A DNA stretch of 64,000 bases from positions 4,306,722 through 4,370,721 of the forward strand of contig CAVNZM010000013.1 in NCBI GenBank assembly GCA_963693365.1, read 5' to 3'. The stretch is from Amoebidium appalachense (Eukaryota; Protista; Ichthyosporea). This document shows positions 58,277 to 64,000 of the stretch, piece after piece. Below the pieces are notes generated by a model. The model was given only the letters and a program-made list of their open reading frames with translations. It did no database searches and had not been told where the DNA came from. The translations under genes were made by a program, and so were the position numbers. The stretch's first letter is position 1; every line of letters starts with the position of its first letter.

Positions 58277-58893
58277 CCCCCGGGGGCCGCCGCCACCGTC
58301 GCACTTCTTTCCCTGACTCTCCCCCCCTTCAAGTCAACCGGCCCCTCTCTTGTGTTCTTATATCTGTCTCCTTCCCGTTCTCTCGCTACTGTTCTTTCTC
58401 TCTCTAGATCTCTCTTTCCCCTTCCACCTCCCCCCACTCCCTCTCCGACAAGCCGCCACTCCTTCCCTGCCCCTCTGCTTCCCCCCCCCCCCCCCCCCCC
58501 CCCCTGCCTGTCTCTTCCTGGAGTCTTCCAATCCTCACTAATTCCTGACATTTTATGCACGGGTTGGATGCTCGAGCTCCCGCTGGCCGCGGCCGTCGGC
58601 CGGACTCCGCAGCCGGGGTAGGGTCAGGCTGAGTGGCGGCTGGTACCTTCATGAATTGGGGAAGCTATTTTTGGGATTCCCTCCCCGTGCAGTTCGACTA
58701 ATCGCTGCAGGTTCTTGCGCCCGTTACAACCCTGCACACGGAGTCACGGAATATATATAGATATATATATATATATATGCAACCACAAAAGATAACTAAT
58801 GTTCCAAAGGTGTATGGATTTACCTGGACAAAATGTATTACAGTCTCGGAAATTGCTGACTGAAGTGTATTTGTAAAACTTTAGGGCCACGCA

Positions 58894-58924
<31 letters not shown>

Positions 58925-59323
58925 GCACACGTACACACGCACACGCACACGCACACGCATACACACGCACACACAACTTGGGGGGGAGGCGGGGGGATGG
59001 AGGGGTGATTTGCAAATTGTAAAGGCTTGATCTGACACTTTGACTTCAGTCACACAATGTCAGACGAAAGGATCAAGCACGATGACATAAACACGCTCGA
59101 ACTTTCTCTTTTATTATTGTTGCAATTGTAAATCAATTCGAAAAAGAAAAAAGGAAAACAGAAAAGTTTCCCAAGAACCTTTGGAAAAGGCGATTCAAAA
59201 GGACACAGAATAAACCCAAAAAAGTTCCTGCGGGTTTCTGGGGAGGGCATTACTCCCACCTGAAACCTGCAACCTCATATCCCACACTTGCCCCTCCCTA
59301 AAACACAGCAGAAGCCTAAAATC

Positions 59324-63252
<3,929 letters not shown>

Positions 63253-63342
63253 TTTCGGAGTCTGTGTGTGTGTGTGTGCGTTGGGGGGATGGGGGGGGGC
63301 GCAGAGGGGGGGGGGGGGGGGGGAGGGGTACGTGTACGAGTT

Positions 63343-63378
<36 letters not shown>

Positions 63379-63808
63379 CGCACGCGCGAGTGTGTGTGTG
63401 TGTGTGGAAGTGCTTAATGTGCAAGCGAATGTTGGTGTGAGTGAGTGACCGAACAATTTTGTGGGTGTGTGTCGTGTTGGCCGCACGAGGGAATGAAGCC
63501 ATGGAAGTAGACGGGGGTAGGGAAGAGCCCGGGAGAAGTTATTACATCAAGAAAGGGGGAGGACGGGGGAGAGAGAGAGGAAGGGGGGGGGGGGGGAGGA
63601 GCGTGAGGGTATGGGAGTGGGAGAGAGAGGGGAAGGGGGAGGGGTAGGGGGTGTGGTTAGGAAAGCGAGCAAGCCAGGGATAGAGGGAGAGGAGACTATG
63701 AGAAACAAATAGAGAGAGAGGTGTGGGGGTGAAGGGAGGGAGGGAGGGAGGGAGGGAGGGAGGGATGTTTAGGGGGGGAGGGGGGGGGAGGGCGGGGGGG
63801 GGGGGGGG

Positions 63809-63847
<39 letters not shown>

Positions 63848-64000
63848 CGAGAGCGAGAGAGAAAAAGAAATTGAGAGAAAGAAGGTGGGAAAGATGGAGG
63901 GAGAGGGGTAAGAGGGAGGGAGATAAGGGGGAGGTTGGAGGGGGGGGGGGGGGGGGGGGGGGGGTCCCGTGGAGGGGTAGGGGCGGGGTGGGGGGTGGGT

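Noticed and set aside
58660-58690. Sm-site-like ATTTTTG suggesting a spliceosomal snRNA
   Set aside because: Flanks do not resemble any U1, U2, U4 or U5 sequence I recognise.

Overview
Intron-rich eukaryotic DNA (probably a unicellular eukaryote; the lineage cannot be fixed from this window). Introns are saturated with (CA)n/(GT)n, (CT)n and poly-G/poly-C tracts, so nearly all long ORFs in the supplied track are low-complexity artefacts. Manual GT-AG splicing gives seven genes. (1) A minus-strand ZupT-type ZIP metal transporter whose last TM helix runs, inside one exon and with no stop, into a ceruloplasmin/hephaestin-type multicopper-oxidase domain; the gene continues off the left edge. (2) A head-to-head stand-alone ZIP paralog with matching core exon sizes. 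(3) CRIPT. (4) FIS1. (5) RPF2, hosting an intronic tRNA-His. (6) A class C GPCR-like 7TM protein with an extra N-terminal TM and no Venus-flytrap domain. (7) A plant-type FKBP12. Also present: MITE/foldback elements, minisatellites, a roughly 11-kb field of decayed repeated units, and a probable decayed inverted GPCR paralog. The main finding is the ZIP-multicopper oxidase fusion, a candidate single-polypeptide metal transporter/oxidase. All identifications are by manual translation and remembered family motifs; no database searches were run.
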